A program made the position numbers and the translations under genes. From positions 49,354,001 through 49,418,000 of the forward strand of contig NC_058382.1 of the NCBI RefSeq assembly GCF_018350175.1: DNA of 64,000 nt. The letters are read 5' to 3'. The notes under the pieces were generated by a model. The model searched no databases. It saw nothing but the letters and a program-made list of their open reading frames with translations, and was not told the origin of the DNA. The DNA comes from Felis catus (Eukaryota). Numbering within the stretch: position 1 is the stretch's first letter; every line of letters starts with the position of its first letter. Of this stretch, positions 51,740 through 64,000 are shown piece after piece.

Positions 51740-52084
51740 AAAAATCCATCAATTGAACTTTATCAAAATCAAACCTTTTATGTAACAAAGGACATTATAA
51801 AGTGAAAGACAATCTACAGAATTAGACACATACTTGCAAATCATATCTCCGATAAGAATCTAGTATCAAGAATATAGAAAGAACTCTGGCAACTCAGCAG
51901 CAAAAAGACATACAACCCAATTCCAAGATAAGTAAAGGATGTGCATAGATATCTCTCCAAAAAAAGATACACAAATTGCCCACAGGGACATGAAGAGATG
52001 CTCAACATCATTAGTCATTAGGGAAATGCAAATCAAAACCACAGTAAGATACCACTTTCTCCCACTAGGATGGTTATGCTTTAA

Positions 52085-52118
<34 letters not shown>

Positions 52119-52700
52119 AAATAGAAAAACACTAATTTGGGGGACAATGTGGAGAAACTGGAACACTGCTGGTAGGACTATAAAACGACTCAGCTACCGT
52201 AGAAAAGTCTAACGGTTCCTCAAAAAGTTAAACACAGACCTACCATAGGACCCTGCAATTCCACTCCAAAGTATATACCCAAAACAATTGAAAACAAGTA
52301 CTCAAAAAACTACATTTACACACACGTCCACTTCCACCTTATTCACAAGAGCCAGCCCAAATGTCCATTAATGAATGATTAAACAAAACGTGTTATAGCC
52401 ATACAATGGAATACTACTGAGCCATAAAAAGGAGTAAAGCACAGATACACGGCACAGCATAGTTAAGAAAGCAGACACAAAAGGTCACATATTGTATGTT
52501 TCCATTTATATGAAATATCCAGAACACATAAATCCACAGAGACAGAACACAGACTGGTGGCTGTCAGGGGCCGTGGGGAGGGGGCATAGGGAGAAACCGC
52601 CTCATGGGAGGGGTAAAATTTTATTCTGGAGGGATGAAAATGTTTGGGAACCAGAGAGGGGCGGTGGCTGTGTAACATGTGAATGTAAATGACATTACAT
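51740..52700 (+). mobile_element. L1MB-type 3' fragment
   Basis: atgaagagatgctcaacatcattagtcattagggaaatgcaaatcaaaaccaca. Confidence 0.88.
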
Positions 52701-52715
52701 TGTCTACTTTAAAAA

Positions 52716-52917
52716 ATTTTTTTTTTAATGTTTATTTATTTTTGAGAGAGAGAGAGAGAGAGACAGAGCTCGAGAGAGGGAGACACAGAATCCGAAGCTG
52801 GCTCCAGGCTCCGAGCTGTCAGCACAGAGCCCGACGCGGGGCTCGAACTCACGAACCGCAAGATCATGATCTGAGCCGAAGTCGGCCGCGTAACCAACTG
52901 AGCCACCCAGGCGCCCC
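52716..52917 (-). mobile_element. Young feline Can-SINE
   Basis: CpG-intact; TSD tacattgtctactttaaaaa. Confidence 0.93.
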
Positions 52918-53034
52918 TACATTGTCTACTTTAAAAAGACTGTCAAAAAAAAAAAAAAAAAGGCTATCTCACCATTTGTAAACAAATGCAATGTTAATCC
53001 ACATGGGCCAAGTATTGACCACTTAGCCTAAACC

Positions 53035-53220
53035 AGTCGTTCCCAATCAGGGGCTATTTTGCTTCCCAGGGACATTTAATAACGTCTAGAGAAATTTTCG
53101 GTTGTCATGGTGACGGGGATGGCGAAGATGCTACTGGCATTTGGTAGGTAGGGGCCAGGGATGCTGCTTCATCTCTTACAATGCACAGGACAGACCCTGC
53201 CGCAAAGAATTATGTGGCCT
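53035..53220. mobile_element. MER20 (hAT-Charlie) fragment
   Basis: cagggacattt...tgctactggcatttggtaggtaggggccagggatgctgct...acaatgcacaggacag...aaagaattat. Confidence 0.85.
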
Positions 53221-53454
53221 GGGAGGTCAGTAGCTCCAAGGTCTAGGACCCCTGGACCCAATGATCAGGGGCTGAGGCTGAGAGGGGAGTGGAAGTTGTA
53301 AGGCATAAGCCAACAAAAAGAGCATTCTTCCTAATTCACAGGAAAGGGGTTGGGAATGGGAAAGCAGTAGACTGGCCCTATCTTCTCCTTCAGAACAGCC
53401 CCCCACATCAGTTCGATTGCAGATGTCCATGGTGAGAGTCAGACGTTCAGATTC

Positions 53455-53637
53455 TTTGTTTGTTTAGAGAGAGAGCAGAAGCAGGGTAGGGGCAGAGAGG
53501 GGGAGAGAGAGAGGATCCCAGGCAGGCTCCAGGCTGTCAGCGCAAAGTCCGACACAGGGCTTGAACCCATGAACCGTGAGATCATGACCTGAGATCGAGA
53601 GTCAGACACTCAACCGACTGAGCCACCCAGGTGCCCC
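53455..53637 (-). mobile_element. Can-SINE
   Basis: Reverse head gagccacccaggtgcccc. Confidence 0.9.
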
Positions 53638-54082
53638 AGACAGTCAGATGCTATTTTGGAAATGAGGGGAAGAGCAGCTTTTTGTTCCTTCTAAAGCTGA
53701 CAGCGTTGCTCGTCTTTCTTTTCCTCAGGTGCTTCCCTCTCACAGACTGTCATTTCTGATAAGAACAGACGCAGACAGCACTGTGAATGCTTGCATCCCT
53801 TGGATGATAAGCAGGGTTCTTTAAATACTGTTCTTCCAGCCCAGTGCAAAGGAGCCAAAGGTTTAGATCGCTAATTGTTCTAGGAGAGTAGAATGCTGGT
53901 GTAGAATCTGACGAAATACCAGAGGTGATCTAGCCTAGATCTTTCTTTCAGTCACGAATCCCTTGGAAAACCTAATAAAATGCATGCATCTTTTCCTGGA
54001 AGAATTCACACAGAAACAGGCACATAAAATCTCAGGGGGTTAGCCGATCTAATGAATCCCAATCAAGAAAGAATCCCTTCCT

Positions 54083-54232
54083 GGGGCGCCTGGGTGGCTC
54101 AGACAGTTAAGCACCTGACTCTTGATTTCAGCTCAGGCCACAATCTCACAAGCCACTGTGTTGGGCTCCGTGATGATAATGCTCTCTTCCCCTCTCTCTT
54201 TCTCTCAAAATAAATAAATAAACTTTAAGAAA
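54083..54232 (+). mobile_element. Can-SINE (internally deleted)
   Basis: Head; TSD aagaaagaatcccttcct. Confidence 0.9.
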
Positions 54233-54639
54233 AAGAAAGAATCCCTTCCTTTGAGCGAAAGCATGTGTGGAGTCTTCTGATCCCTCTGAAAACAGTGAAG
54301 GTCAGAGTCATGTCCAGTTACATTCCTGCCGGTGAAAACAGGATCTTATCACACACAGAAATGGAGGCATCTATTCATTTCCCTTTAAAATCTGTATCTT
54401 CAGAAACACAAGATCTGACACCGATGGGATCAGCAGTTCCGTTCATATATAGATATACGCCATATGTGTATGTATACATATATGTCTTTAATTTGCCTCT
54501 CTCTTCCTTTTAGAACCATCCACACTTCTTTTCTGCCTGAGAAATGAGAGTTATATTCTCTTCTCTCCATAGAACATAGACCTACCAGCCCCAGCTCACA
54601 CTTTTAACAGCCTTTTCCCGTACTCCTTAAATGGCTCAC

Positions 54640-54775
54640 CGAAGCTGCAAAATAGTGCGCAAAGCTGTCATGAGGATTCCACTGCACAGCTCCGATGTCC
54701 CACTTGCTCTGGCGAGAGATCTTTCGGTGACCTTCGAAAGGGGCATCTAGATTAACGATGTATAAGAATCGGCGG
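54640..54775 (-). CDS. WDR59: WDR59 exon 3 (136 nt)
   Basis: tag|RRFLYIVNLDAPFEGHRKISRQSKWDIGAVQWNPHDSFAHYFAAS|gtgag. Confidence 0.97.
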
Positions 54776-56499
54776 CTAGGAAAACAACATCAACATGATG
54801 ACAATATAACAGCATTAGCATTAAGACAGAAAAGCACATTTGGAATTACATATGGTTTGCAAAGAGTGCTCAAAAAATCCCCAGGTTTATATGACGTTTA
54901 TCTACTCTGAAAGGCATACAAGGGACAGGAGGAATTCAAGGTGACAGTTAAGCAAGTGGAAGCCACGTCCCTGCGAGAGCCTGTCTCCAGAGATGGTCTT
55001 CCCGACTGGATCCTTGGGAGTCTGACATCTTCCCGCCAGCTTCAGCTCCAAGCCCACTTCGCTCCAGCCTTTCCCAACTGCTCAGCTAAGGGTAGTTCCG
55101 GTTCCCACACAACTCCCACCGCGCTGTTTGCATTGCGACAGCAACACTGATCTCTGTAGTACAACTACCCACAGTAAGGCTCTGGTCCTGAACGGACCAA
55201 GTCTCCAGTGTCTGCATGTCCCTCCTCACCAGGCATAGTGCTTGGCATTCAGTAAATGTGTGTTAAACCTATCACTTATCACTTTGCCAAACATCCTGGA
55301 GAAAAATCTCAAATTCCCTTACAAGTTGACTACCTGGGAAAGGCAACTAAATCAAGTCTATTGGGAGGGAAATAATAACCAATAAAATGATAATGAAAAT
55401 AACACATTAAGGGCTGATAATGTTCACGGTGCCAATCAATATAAAGGATCTGAAAACAGGAATGTCCTGTGTTCCGCCTATTTTCCCTTTGTTTTAAGGG
55501 AAAAATCATTGTGTGACTCAACATCTCAGCAGCCATTAATCAGCTGTTGTTAGCACTTCAAGCCCCAGAGCATCCATGAGGACAGGTGGGCTCAATGGTG
55601 AAGAAAAAGATTAACAGTCCCTGCTCAGAAGAGATGGGAAATGCAAGTTAACACGGCCTGTAAAACTCTAGCAGAAACCCCAGAAGAGAAGGTTAGGGGA
55701 GAAGAAAGCAAGCACAGGTAAGACAAATTCACAGAACTTTCAGAACTGCTGGTGCAGAACAAAGATCTAGCATCTCTGACCTACTCTGAAGGAATCACTT
55801 GATTCTGGAGCAGGCAGGCTGGCATCTTCCTCTCAGCATGAAAAATGGGAAAGCATGACAAACGGGGAAAGGCTGAGAGCGATACACATGGGGCGCCATC
55901 AACAGGGGGGCCCAGAGACGTTACAGAGCAAGTGCAGAGCAGCAGAAGAAAAGTAGGCACTTCAGGATAAACATACCTGACATATCTTCTTTCTCCCCTG
56001 AAGACCCACGAAAGTCAGAGTAAAAACGTACAACACAGAAACCCACGAAGAAAATGAGAGAGGAAATGAAAAGCGGATGGACAAATGGTGATCGATCTAA
56101 AGAAGGCAAACACCAAAGTGCCTGCAGAGGGGAAGCGGATGCGAGGCGAGCTGATTCACGCTGCAGAACCGAGGCCGGCTCGGGAGCCGGAGGCTTCAGC
56201 CTGCACACAAGGGAAGAGAGGCCTGGAGAACCAAAAGCAGAACAGAACAGGAACTGTTTGAAAGAGGACTAAGGAGAGCGGTTTACACACACCCCACAGA
56301 GCCACCTCTCCTTCACCCGGGTGGGGGGGGGGGGGGGTGATGTGCTCCAGACAAACTACTTCAGAGGAGCCCAGGCCTGGGACAAACGGCAGAGCAGTGT
56401 GGGAATATGAGGAGCTGTGCTCAAAACAGGGCAGGAAGTGGAATGTGAGACCCTCAGGCCTCTTCCCCTACAGCTGATCTGTATAGTCTTCGCACAGTG

Positions 56500-57930
56500 A
56501 CAAAAGGATTCTTCTCAGGGGAAAATGACCAGCCCAAGAAAAGAACAAAAGCAAATAAGTGACACAGAACCCAGGAGATAGTGACATCTGGGCACCCTCC
56601 AAAAAAAGGGTCTGGTTCCCAGACGACCTCCTTCCAAAGAAGCCCACCGTCACACATGTAAACTGATCACTCTTTGACAGTAACAGAGAGCCAGGTGAGT
56701 ATCGGTCACCAGAGGAAACCTGAAAGACAGGGACCAATGCAATCAAAAGAAAAAAAAGGAAATGGGTAGTGCCGAGGCAAGAAGAAACCTAGAATTAATA
56801 TTGTCAGAGAGGTAAAAGAAGACGAGGTAAAGAACAGAGAACAGGAAAGAGCTCCTGGAAATGAAAAGCACAGCTGAAATAAAGAAATCTGATAGAAGAG
56901 TAGAAAGTTAAAGCTGAAGGGAACTGTCAGAATGCAAAACAAAAAGGACCAACAGAGAATCCACATAGGATATCCAACATGGACGAACAGCTTCAGAAAG
57001 AAGGAGCGCAGGAAATAGAGGGGGGAAATAACCAAAGACACAATGCAGGAAAACTTCTCCGAACTAGAAGACACAGACCTTCCAGATTGAAAGGGCCTTC
57101 CCACAGTGCTAAAAATTACTCTGGGTCTTAATCTGAATGGGGATCACATGGGTGTATATATTTGTAAATTTACTCAAGCGGTTAACTCAAGTACATTCTT
57201 TACTGTACATATTTTCAAGTTCAGTATAAGAAAACAAAATGGTGAACCTTCAAGATTATGTTGAAAAATAAAACAGGTATGTATGTACCCAAGAACACAC
57301 CAAAACAGGAATGCTTGCCTGGTTTTCAGTGACATAATCCCATTCCCTCCTTGGATGCTACAAATGGCAATGCCCACATGAGTGAATACAGAGAAGTCTA
57401 ACATTTGAGACACAGTTATTCCTTAGCACTTGAGTATTTTTTTTAGTGTTTATTTACTTTTGAGAGAGAGGGAGAAAACGCAAGCAGGGAAGGGCAGAGA
57501 GAGAAGGGGGCAGAGGATCTGAAGTAGGCTCTGTGCTGACAGTAGAGAGCCCAATGCGGGGCTCAAACCCATGAACCATGAGATTATGACCTGAACCGAA
57601 GCTGGATGCTTAACCAACTGAGCTACCTAGGTGCCCAGCACTTGAGTATTTTGTGGGTTGTGAATATGACTACATGATGTCAAGTGTATGTCTATTTGTT
57701 TAGATAAAACAAGTAATGATGTTTAAAAAAAAAAAAAAGAGGGGACCCTCTAAGTGCCCACCATAATGAATGAAAAAAAGACACATGCCAAAGTAGTCAC
57801 GGTGAAGATTTCACACACGCCGGAGACAAAGACAGCATTTTAAAGCTTCCAAAGAGAAAAAATAGGCCGCATACAAAGTCCAGAATCAGAATGGTATAGG
57901 ACCTCTCAAAATTACTCTGAGAAAAGAACC
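56500..57930 (+). mobile_element. Ancient L1/HAL1 ORF1-like relic interrupted by a minus-strand Can-SINE (57441-57636)
   Basis: gaaaacttctccgaactagaagac...ttccagattgaaagggcc and tttaaagcttccaaagagaaaaa ORF1-type motifs; SINE TSD agcacttgagtatttt. Confidence 0.65.
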
Positions 57931-59258
57931 CCAAATACTGATTCAACACAACAATTGTTATATAACTATACTGGAAGGAGAGGGAAGTCAGGGACTCACA
58001 AAGCAAAGTAAAAGTGCTAAATCCTCATCTACTTTAAAAAGTCAATTGGTAATATCTGGACAAATCAAGATAACAGAATATTTGTGTATTATTTGGAAAA
58101 ATGGAGGCAACCCCAGAGAAACAGCTAAAAGAGTCTCAAGGAGTTGCTTCTATTGAGTGGGATCAGGACTGGGGAAAAGCTGAGCTAGGATTCTGCTGTC
58201 TGACAATATAGTGTTTGCAATGCTACCTGACTTTGTCAACTATGTTTAGGTATTTCCTTGATTCAAAAAAAAAAAAAAAAGGTTTAAAAACGGAGTAGGA
58301 AATGAATAATATATCCCCAAAACCACTGGCTTGCCACTTTAAATGGGTAAATTGCATGGTCTGTGAATTGTATCTCAATAAAGCTTTTTTTTTTTTAAGT
58401 GAGTGCAGAGGGGGCAGTAAAGAAACATATCAATTTTTCCTTATCTATGCATCCAGTGTGACACAAAAGAATGGATTTGATAACTGTCTCTGGGGATGGG
58501 GGTCAAAGAGAAGAGGGAAACTTACTTCCCAATGTAGAGCCTTTTGAATTATTTAAATGTTTGCTATGCTTTTTTTAAGGTAAATTAAAATACGATTTCA
58601 AAATAAAATAATGAAACAGAAACTAGTTCGTTATTTAGAAGTGAGTTCATAAACAAGTAAGTTAAGAAAACACTGCAGACTTAGAGAGGTAGTGAGTATG
58701 AAAGGGGAGGGGACTCTGACCATTAAATGGCATTATACTGGTACAATGACAAAGTGATCGGCAAATGCTAGGATGGCCCTTAGTTGCCAGAATGTTAAAA
58801 ATGTTGGGCTGGAAAACACTAGAGAAATCATGTAGTTCTAGTTCTTCATAATGAAATCAAAGTCCTTCACGAGCAAACGAAAGTCCAGGGAGACCAACTG
58901 GACAAATGTCCAGGGGCTCATCATGAATGGCATTGCCAAACCAGAACCCAGATCCCCTTGAACCTGTGAGACCACACCAGACAGCACCCTTCTGCAGAGT
59001 CTGTGCAATAAACAGAAAATTGCAATTCCAAGACCAAACTACCAGTCATGCAAATTTCAAAGGAATTTTATTGCTTACATATTAGGGCAGAGACAAAAAT
59101 AAACTGCAAGTGATCCCTGTTAAGTACCCCTGAGGTCACTAGGATAGCGGAACTAAACCCTACGACCACAATCCTTAAGGATAAAGACTATTTAACAATT
59201 TCCCAAAAACCTCTCAATTTGCGATTTGTCCCCAGAAATTGCAGCAGAGCTCACTTAC

Positions 59259-59308
59259 CCGGAGAGCACAGCATGCTGCCCCAGACAGTCCACGGACATT
59301 GCAGTTGC
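59259..59308 (-). CDS. WDR59: WDR59 exon 2 (50 nt)
   Basis: cag|ATAMSVDCLGQHAVLSG|gtaagt. Confidence 0.96.
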
Positions 59309-60301
59309 CTGTGAGAGAGAACACAGGGTCAGTTCTGCCAGCAAAGCCAGCTCGGGTTGGGGAAGACAGGTGGGTAGCCTCGTCTGGGGCTTTTCCTCTT
59401 CCCATGGCCCAGGTAAGTCCCCCGCTGGCAGGTATTATTAGTTCTCTACAGTGGATGCTTTCACTCCCTTCTAATCCTCAACCAGATCTCATACTCACCT
59501 TCCTTAATAGGGCAGTTGCTATCTGTTCCCTGACACCAGGATTATATACAAGCAAGCTGGTGTGTTCTAAATTGTGGAGACATCATCTTAGAATTCGGAG
59601 AACCTAACTAGCTTGGAGCTAACAGAGCTACTCAGAGCCCCTTCCAAGCAAAACCTAACCTGGGACATCACACACACATAAACACAAACACACCTACCCC
59701 ACCCCACCCGTCACCCCCATGCCTTTCCAAAGGGCATGGACTTCTCCTCCAAGCTAAATGGGAAGTGGTAATTGTCGAACACCACCCGTGCTGAATCCAC
59801 GGTCACGTTATTGAGATGCTCAGGTGCCATTTAATCTGAGATTTCTAGCACATTCTAATGATTTCCATTTCCCAGGTCTCCCAGTTCCTAGGGAGCACCA
59901 TCTTTTCAGGACCACACTGAATCAAATGAATTTGCATTCAGGCTGAAGCATGAGGCTGACTTAAATCATGGCAGTTACAGCCCTAAATTCTCTTATTTGG
60001 ACCAGTCCAAATTCTCCTGCCTTCTCAAGACATTAGTGCTCCCTCTTACACACCGTCAAGAAATATGTCATAGGTAATGTTGGGGACAAGAAACCAGGGC
60101 GCTCTCACTGGAGGCTAAAAAGTGGTTGTTATGCATCCTTCATCCCACTAGAGTCGTGAGCAGAGAAAAGTCCAGCTGGAAAGGCAGGCAGTGAAATGAG
60201 ATGCGACTTCCACACTCTTCTGAACAATTTATAGATTAAAAGTATGAAAGCAGGCAAGATGGCACCTCCAACCAGGGCTGGTACGATCCTTCCAGGAGGT
60301 G

Positions 60302-61401
60302 TGTGGTAGGCAGAATCCTAAGGTGGCCCCAACATTCTGGGCCCTTGCTGTACACATTCTCCCCGTTATTCAAATATGAATCTAGGTGCTGCTGTGAAGG
60401 GATTTAGCAGATGTGGTTAAGGTCCCAAATCAGTCGACCTTAAGAGACCTCAAACAACCCAAATGTCCATCAGTAGGTGAATGGATAAACGAAACATGGC
60501 ACACACATACGACGGCATACGTACTATCGTGTGGATGAACCTTGAAAATACTATGCTAAGTGAAAGAAGCCAAGCACAAAAGAATACTGCATGATTCCAC
60601 TTATGAGGTACCTAGGATAGGTAAATTCATAAAAAGGGCAAGTAGAAAAGAAGTGGAAGGGGACAGGGAGTGGGGAATGGGGAGTTACTGTTCAGTGAGT
60701 ACATTGTGTTTGAGGGCTGGGGGGAGAGAGAGAAACCTAATCACATCAGCCCTGTAAATCTAGGTCTAGAAGTCGGAAACAGAGGCACTCAGAGATTCTA
60801 AGGACGAGGCATTTATGTGAAGAAGACTGCTGCTGGCTGTGGAGGTGGGACCACATGGCAAGTCCCTGAAAGTGGCCTGTAGGAGCTGAGTGTCCCCTAA
60901 ATAACAACCAGCAAGAAAACAGAGACTTCAGTAAAAAAATGTTTAAAAAGGGGCGCCTGGGACGTGCAATCGGTTGAGCATCCAACTTCGGCTCGGGTCA
61001 TGATCTCGGGGTTGACAAGTTCGAGCCCCACGTCAGGCTCTGTGCTGACAGCTCAGAGCCTGGAACCTGCTTCGGATTCTGTGTGTGCCCCTCCCCTGCT
61101 CATGCTCTGTCTCAAAAATAAATAAACATCAAAATTTTTTTTTTTTTAATTTTCTTAAAAGAAGCGCCTGGCTCTGGCTCAGTTGGTAGAGCATGTGACT
61201 CTTGATCCTGGGGTCATGAGTTAAACCCCCATGTTGGGTGTAGAACTTACTTAAAAATGAAAGAAGGGGCACCTGGGTGGTTCAGTCTGTTAAGCATCCA
61301 ACTCTTGATTTCGGTTCAGGCCATGATCTCATGATCTCATGCTTTGTGGGATCAAGCCCCATGTAGGGCTCTGTGCTGGCAGTGCTGAGCCTCCTTGGGA
61401 T

Positions 61402-61462
<61 letters not shown>

Positions 61463-62090
61463 ATCAATAATAAACTTAAAAAAAAAATGAAAGAGAAGAG
61501 AACCCCTTGAGATGATGGTGAGCTAGAAGGAACTTCCTCCACTCCTTCCAGAATGACAATTATGACAATGAGCATGTGATCCTCTCCTCTTCTCCGAGAC
61601 CCTGAGAGAGCCAGCATCCAGGTGGGAAGACGCCAGAAATTATGCAAGAAGAAGTGAGGTGTCATTACCCAGGAGCTGGGGAAGAGGTCTCTCCCACCTC
61701 CTCCTCAGCCCCCACCTTCCTCCTCTAGTCCCCCAACCTGTGCCAATTGTAGTTTCATGCAATAAAAAGGCCAAACTTTTTATTCCATAAAACATGAAGG
61801 ACAAAACTCAAAATTTGAAAACAGAAGGAAAAGAAAACAGGGACCTCAGTCCTATAACCCCAAGAAGCTGAATTCTGCCAACAACCTGAATGGGTCTCTT
61901 AGCAGATTCTTCCTCAGGCCACTGAGCCTCCAGATGAGAACACAGCCAGCTGCCTCCTGGATTTCAGCTTAGGGGACTAAACCGAGAAACCAGCCACGCG
62001 GCGCCTGGCATTCTGACAGACAGAACTATGAGCTAATCAGTAGGTACTGTTTCAAGCTGCTTAGTTTGTGGTACAGCGATAACAAAGAGT
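60302..62090 (+). mobile_element. MLT1-type LTR fragmented by nested L1 (about 60450-60720), three SINEs (60950-61490) and a retrocopy-like insert
   Basis: tgtggtaggcagaatcctaaggtggcccc start; gaattctgccaacaacctgaatg...cctccagatgagaac...aagctgcttagtttgtggta end. Confidence 0.82.
61490..61830 (+). pseudogene. Candidate 5'-truncated retrocopy (mRNA 3' end) of an unidentified gene
   Basis: Unique-looking sequence with AATAAA 61761-61766 and A-rich end; the whole 60933-61830 insert is flanked by 20-bp direct repeats that interrupt an MLT1 LTR. Confidence 0.5.
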
Positions 62091-64000
62091 GACCCAGTAA
62101 CAATAATTAATCATCATCATCATAAAGTCATGCCCTTTGACTCAAAAATTCCACCTCCAGAATCCATCCAAAACACAGGAAAACTTTTACGCACAGAGTT
62201 GCTTGTTTCATGTTATCTACAAGTAAATTATGCATATTTACATAAGGGAGTATCCTGAAAGTGTTTAAAAATGACACGGAAAAATACAGGAGCCAAAAAC
62301 TGCAAACAGAGTATCATAACTCACCATATCACCTCATCAGAGGAAGTTATTATTGAAAAGGAAGACAAAAAACACTAACTGAGGTTTCCCTACTCCTACC
62401 TCAGAAAAAAGGGGCCAACATCATCATGTTCGTAGCAGCACATTAAGGACGGTCATGCTGGGCTGTCAGGAGAATGCAAAGAGGGAAAGCAGAAAAGAGA
62501 AGATCCCCTGACCAGGGTAGAAGCTGGTGCTCTGTGGGGCACAAGAGTCCCCGGAAGGCCTCCTCACCTCAGGGCACCAGGCAGGGACTGGCTGGGAGAT
62601 GCTAAGTCTGGGCACCAGGGGGTTAAGAACCACAGCAACCCCGTGATCCTGCAGCAAGAGAGGAAGGGAGCCCCAGGGATGGCTAGGAGAGAATTCCCCC
62701 GCAGCCTGCAGGAAGGGGAGATTAAAGACTTAGAGGAGTAAAGTAGTATTTTATACCTACTACGAACTGAAATTTAAATCAGCTACTTATGCCTTAAAAA
62801 ACACCGAAGAACATATATCAGAATGTTTCAATGGCAGTTGTTCCCACAGGGTTTTTGTCTTACTCCTCTACGTGAGCCTACGTTTTTGTACTACTTACAT
62901 ATTTACATGACTTTATAATTAAAAAAAAAAAAAACTTTTTCTCAAAGGCATCCCCAGCCTCTTCTGTTTCCGCGCTTCTGTCCTAGCCTCAGTCCTCAAC
63001 GCCTGCGGCCTGGCGGACACAACCTCAGACAGTGCGCCTTCCCCACTCCTCTGTTCCACCCGACACGGAACTTCTGAAAGCGCAGTTCGGACTACATCGC
63101 TCCGCTGCTCCAAAACCTTCCTTGGTTTTCTACTGAAGGCTAAAGACAATCAAGTGGAAATCTTCCAAACTGGATGCTTCCAGAACTTTTTAGTCTGACC
63201 TTCCTTCTCTACTTGCCCAGGCCACACCCATTCAAAGCTCTCACCTTTCTCCAAGGTCAGCGATGCTCCCAATTCTAAAGAGATGCTTAAGCTCCTCTTC
63301 CCATCCGGAAGGTCCTTCTCGCCTGTTCTGCTGTTGAAATTCTACTCATCTTTTAAGTTCCAAGACATACGTCCCCTAAGAACCTCACCCAGAGTCTGCC
63401 ATAGGGATTCCACCCTCTCCCAAAGCACCTTCTCTGCCCCCGTCACAGGGCTTGCTGTCACTTGCCATGTGGTAGCGGCTGCTGCACACGTTTATCTTCT
63501 CCCACTAATTGGGGAGCCCCCAGAAGGCAGGGTCCATCTTCTTTCTCCCAGAGCACCCAGCGAGGTGCTTTGTACATGCAGGTGCTCTGTGAACATCTTC
63601 TGTTTGGAAGATAGGTCAGAACCAGGTCAAAATCTGGGTCCTTCCTTTCCAAAATGTGCCAAGGTGCTCCTTGACATCTCAAAGAATTTTTTCAGTAGCT
63701 TCCCTTGGTTAATTTATCACCCATGAATTTATCTACATCTGTAAAGTTCCTTCACTTCTTTAATGCCTTCTAGAATAATAAACTTTAGTAGTTTGCTGTC
63801 TGCTCTGTGAAACCTTCAACAAGAACAGAAGCATTTGACGAACCAAATGTGTCCACCTTACTCACACCTTATAATGTAAAATTCCAATCATATCTTCTCT
63901 CAGCCTTTGTTTTTAAGGTACTAAAACGTCCTCTCCTGACTGCAGGAAAACAAACTTACTGCTCAGAACTGCTCCCTGTCAAAAGAGGTTATCTTTAGGA

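Noticed and set aside
61161..61250. tRNA-Lys-like sequence (tggctcagttggtagagcatgtgactcttgatc...)
   Set aside because: Degenerate acceptor and T stems plus an A-rich tail indicate a short tRNA-derived Can-SINE, not a tRNA gene
17022..61665. Many similar short ORFs (MAQSVKRPTSAQV..., SLEPASDSVSPSL...)
   Set aside because: Translations of Can-SINE copies, not a gene family

Overview
Mammalian genomic DNA. The dense tRNA-derived Can-SINEs (including young SINEC_Fc-type copies) and carnivore L1 3' ends point to a felid. The whole window lies inside WDR59 (GATOR2/SEA complex subunit, mTORC1 amino-acid sensing), on the minus strand. I mapped 22 consecutive coding exons by hand (exons 2-23 in human numbering). 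All have GT-AG boundaries, consistent phases and no stops. Exon 1 lies beyond 64000 and the last exons lie before position 1. The long intron 18 (7405-16510) sits in a ~11.6 kb stretch with no Can-SINE. It holds an in-frame 57-nt cassette exon (MSPRSARRRWSIQAINDFP), candidate poison or terminal exons, a CpG-rich hairpin and a diverged ~175-bp duplication. Also present are a disabled RPL23A processed pseudogene, an unidentified TSD-flanked retrocopy-like fragment inside an MLT1 LTR, a CpG-rich candidate internal promoter or first exon in intron 7, about 30 Can-SINEs, and L1/MIR/L2/MER/MADE relics. Most supplied ORFs are spurious. Repeat subfamily names and boundaries are approximate. I see no clear new multi-gene system; the best leads are splicing and polyadenylation switches in WDR59.
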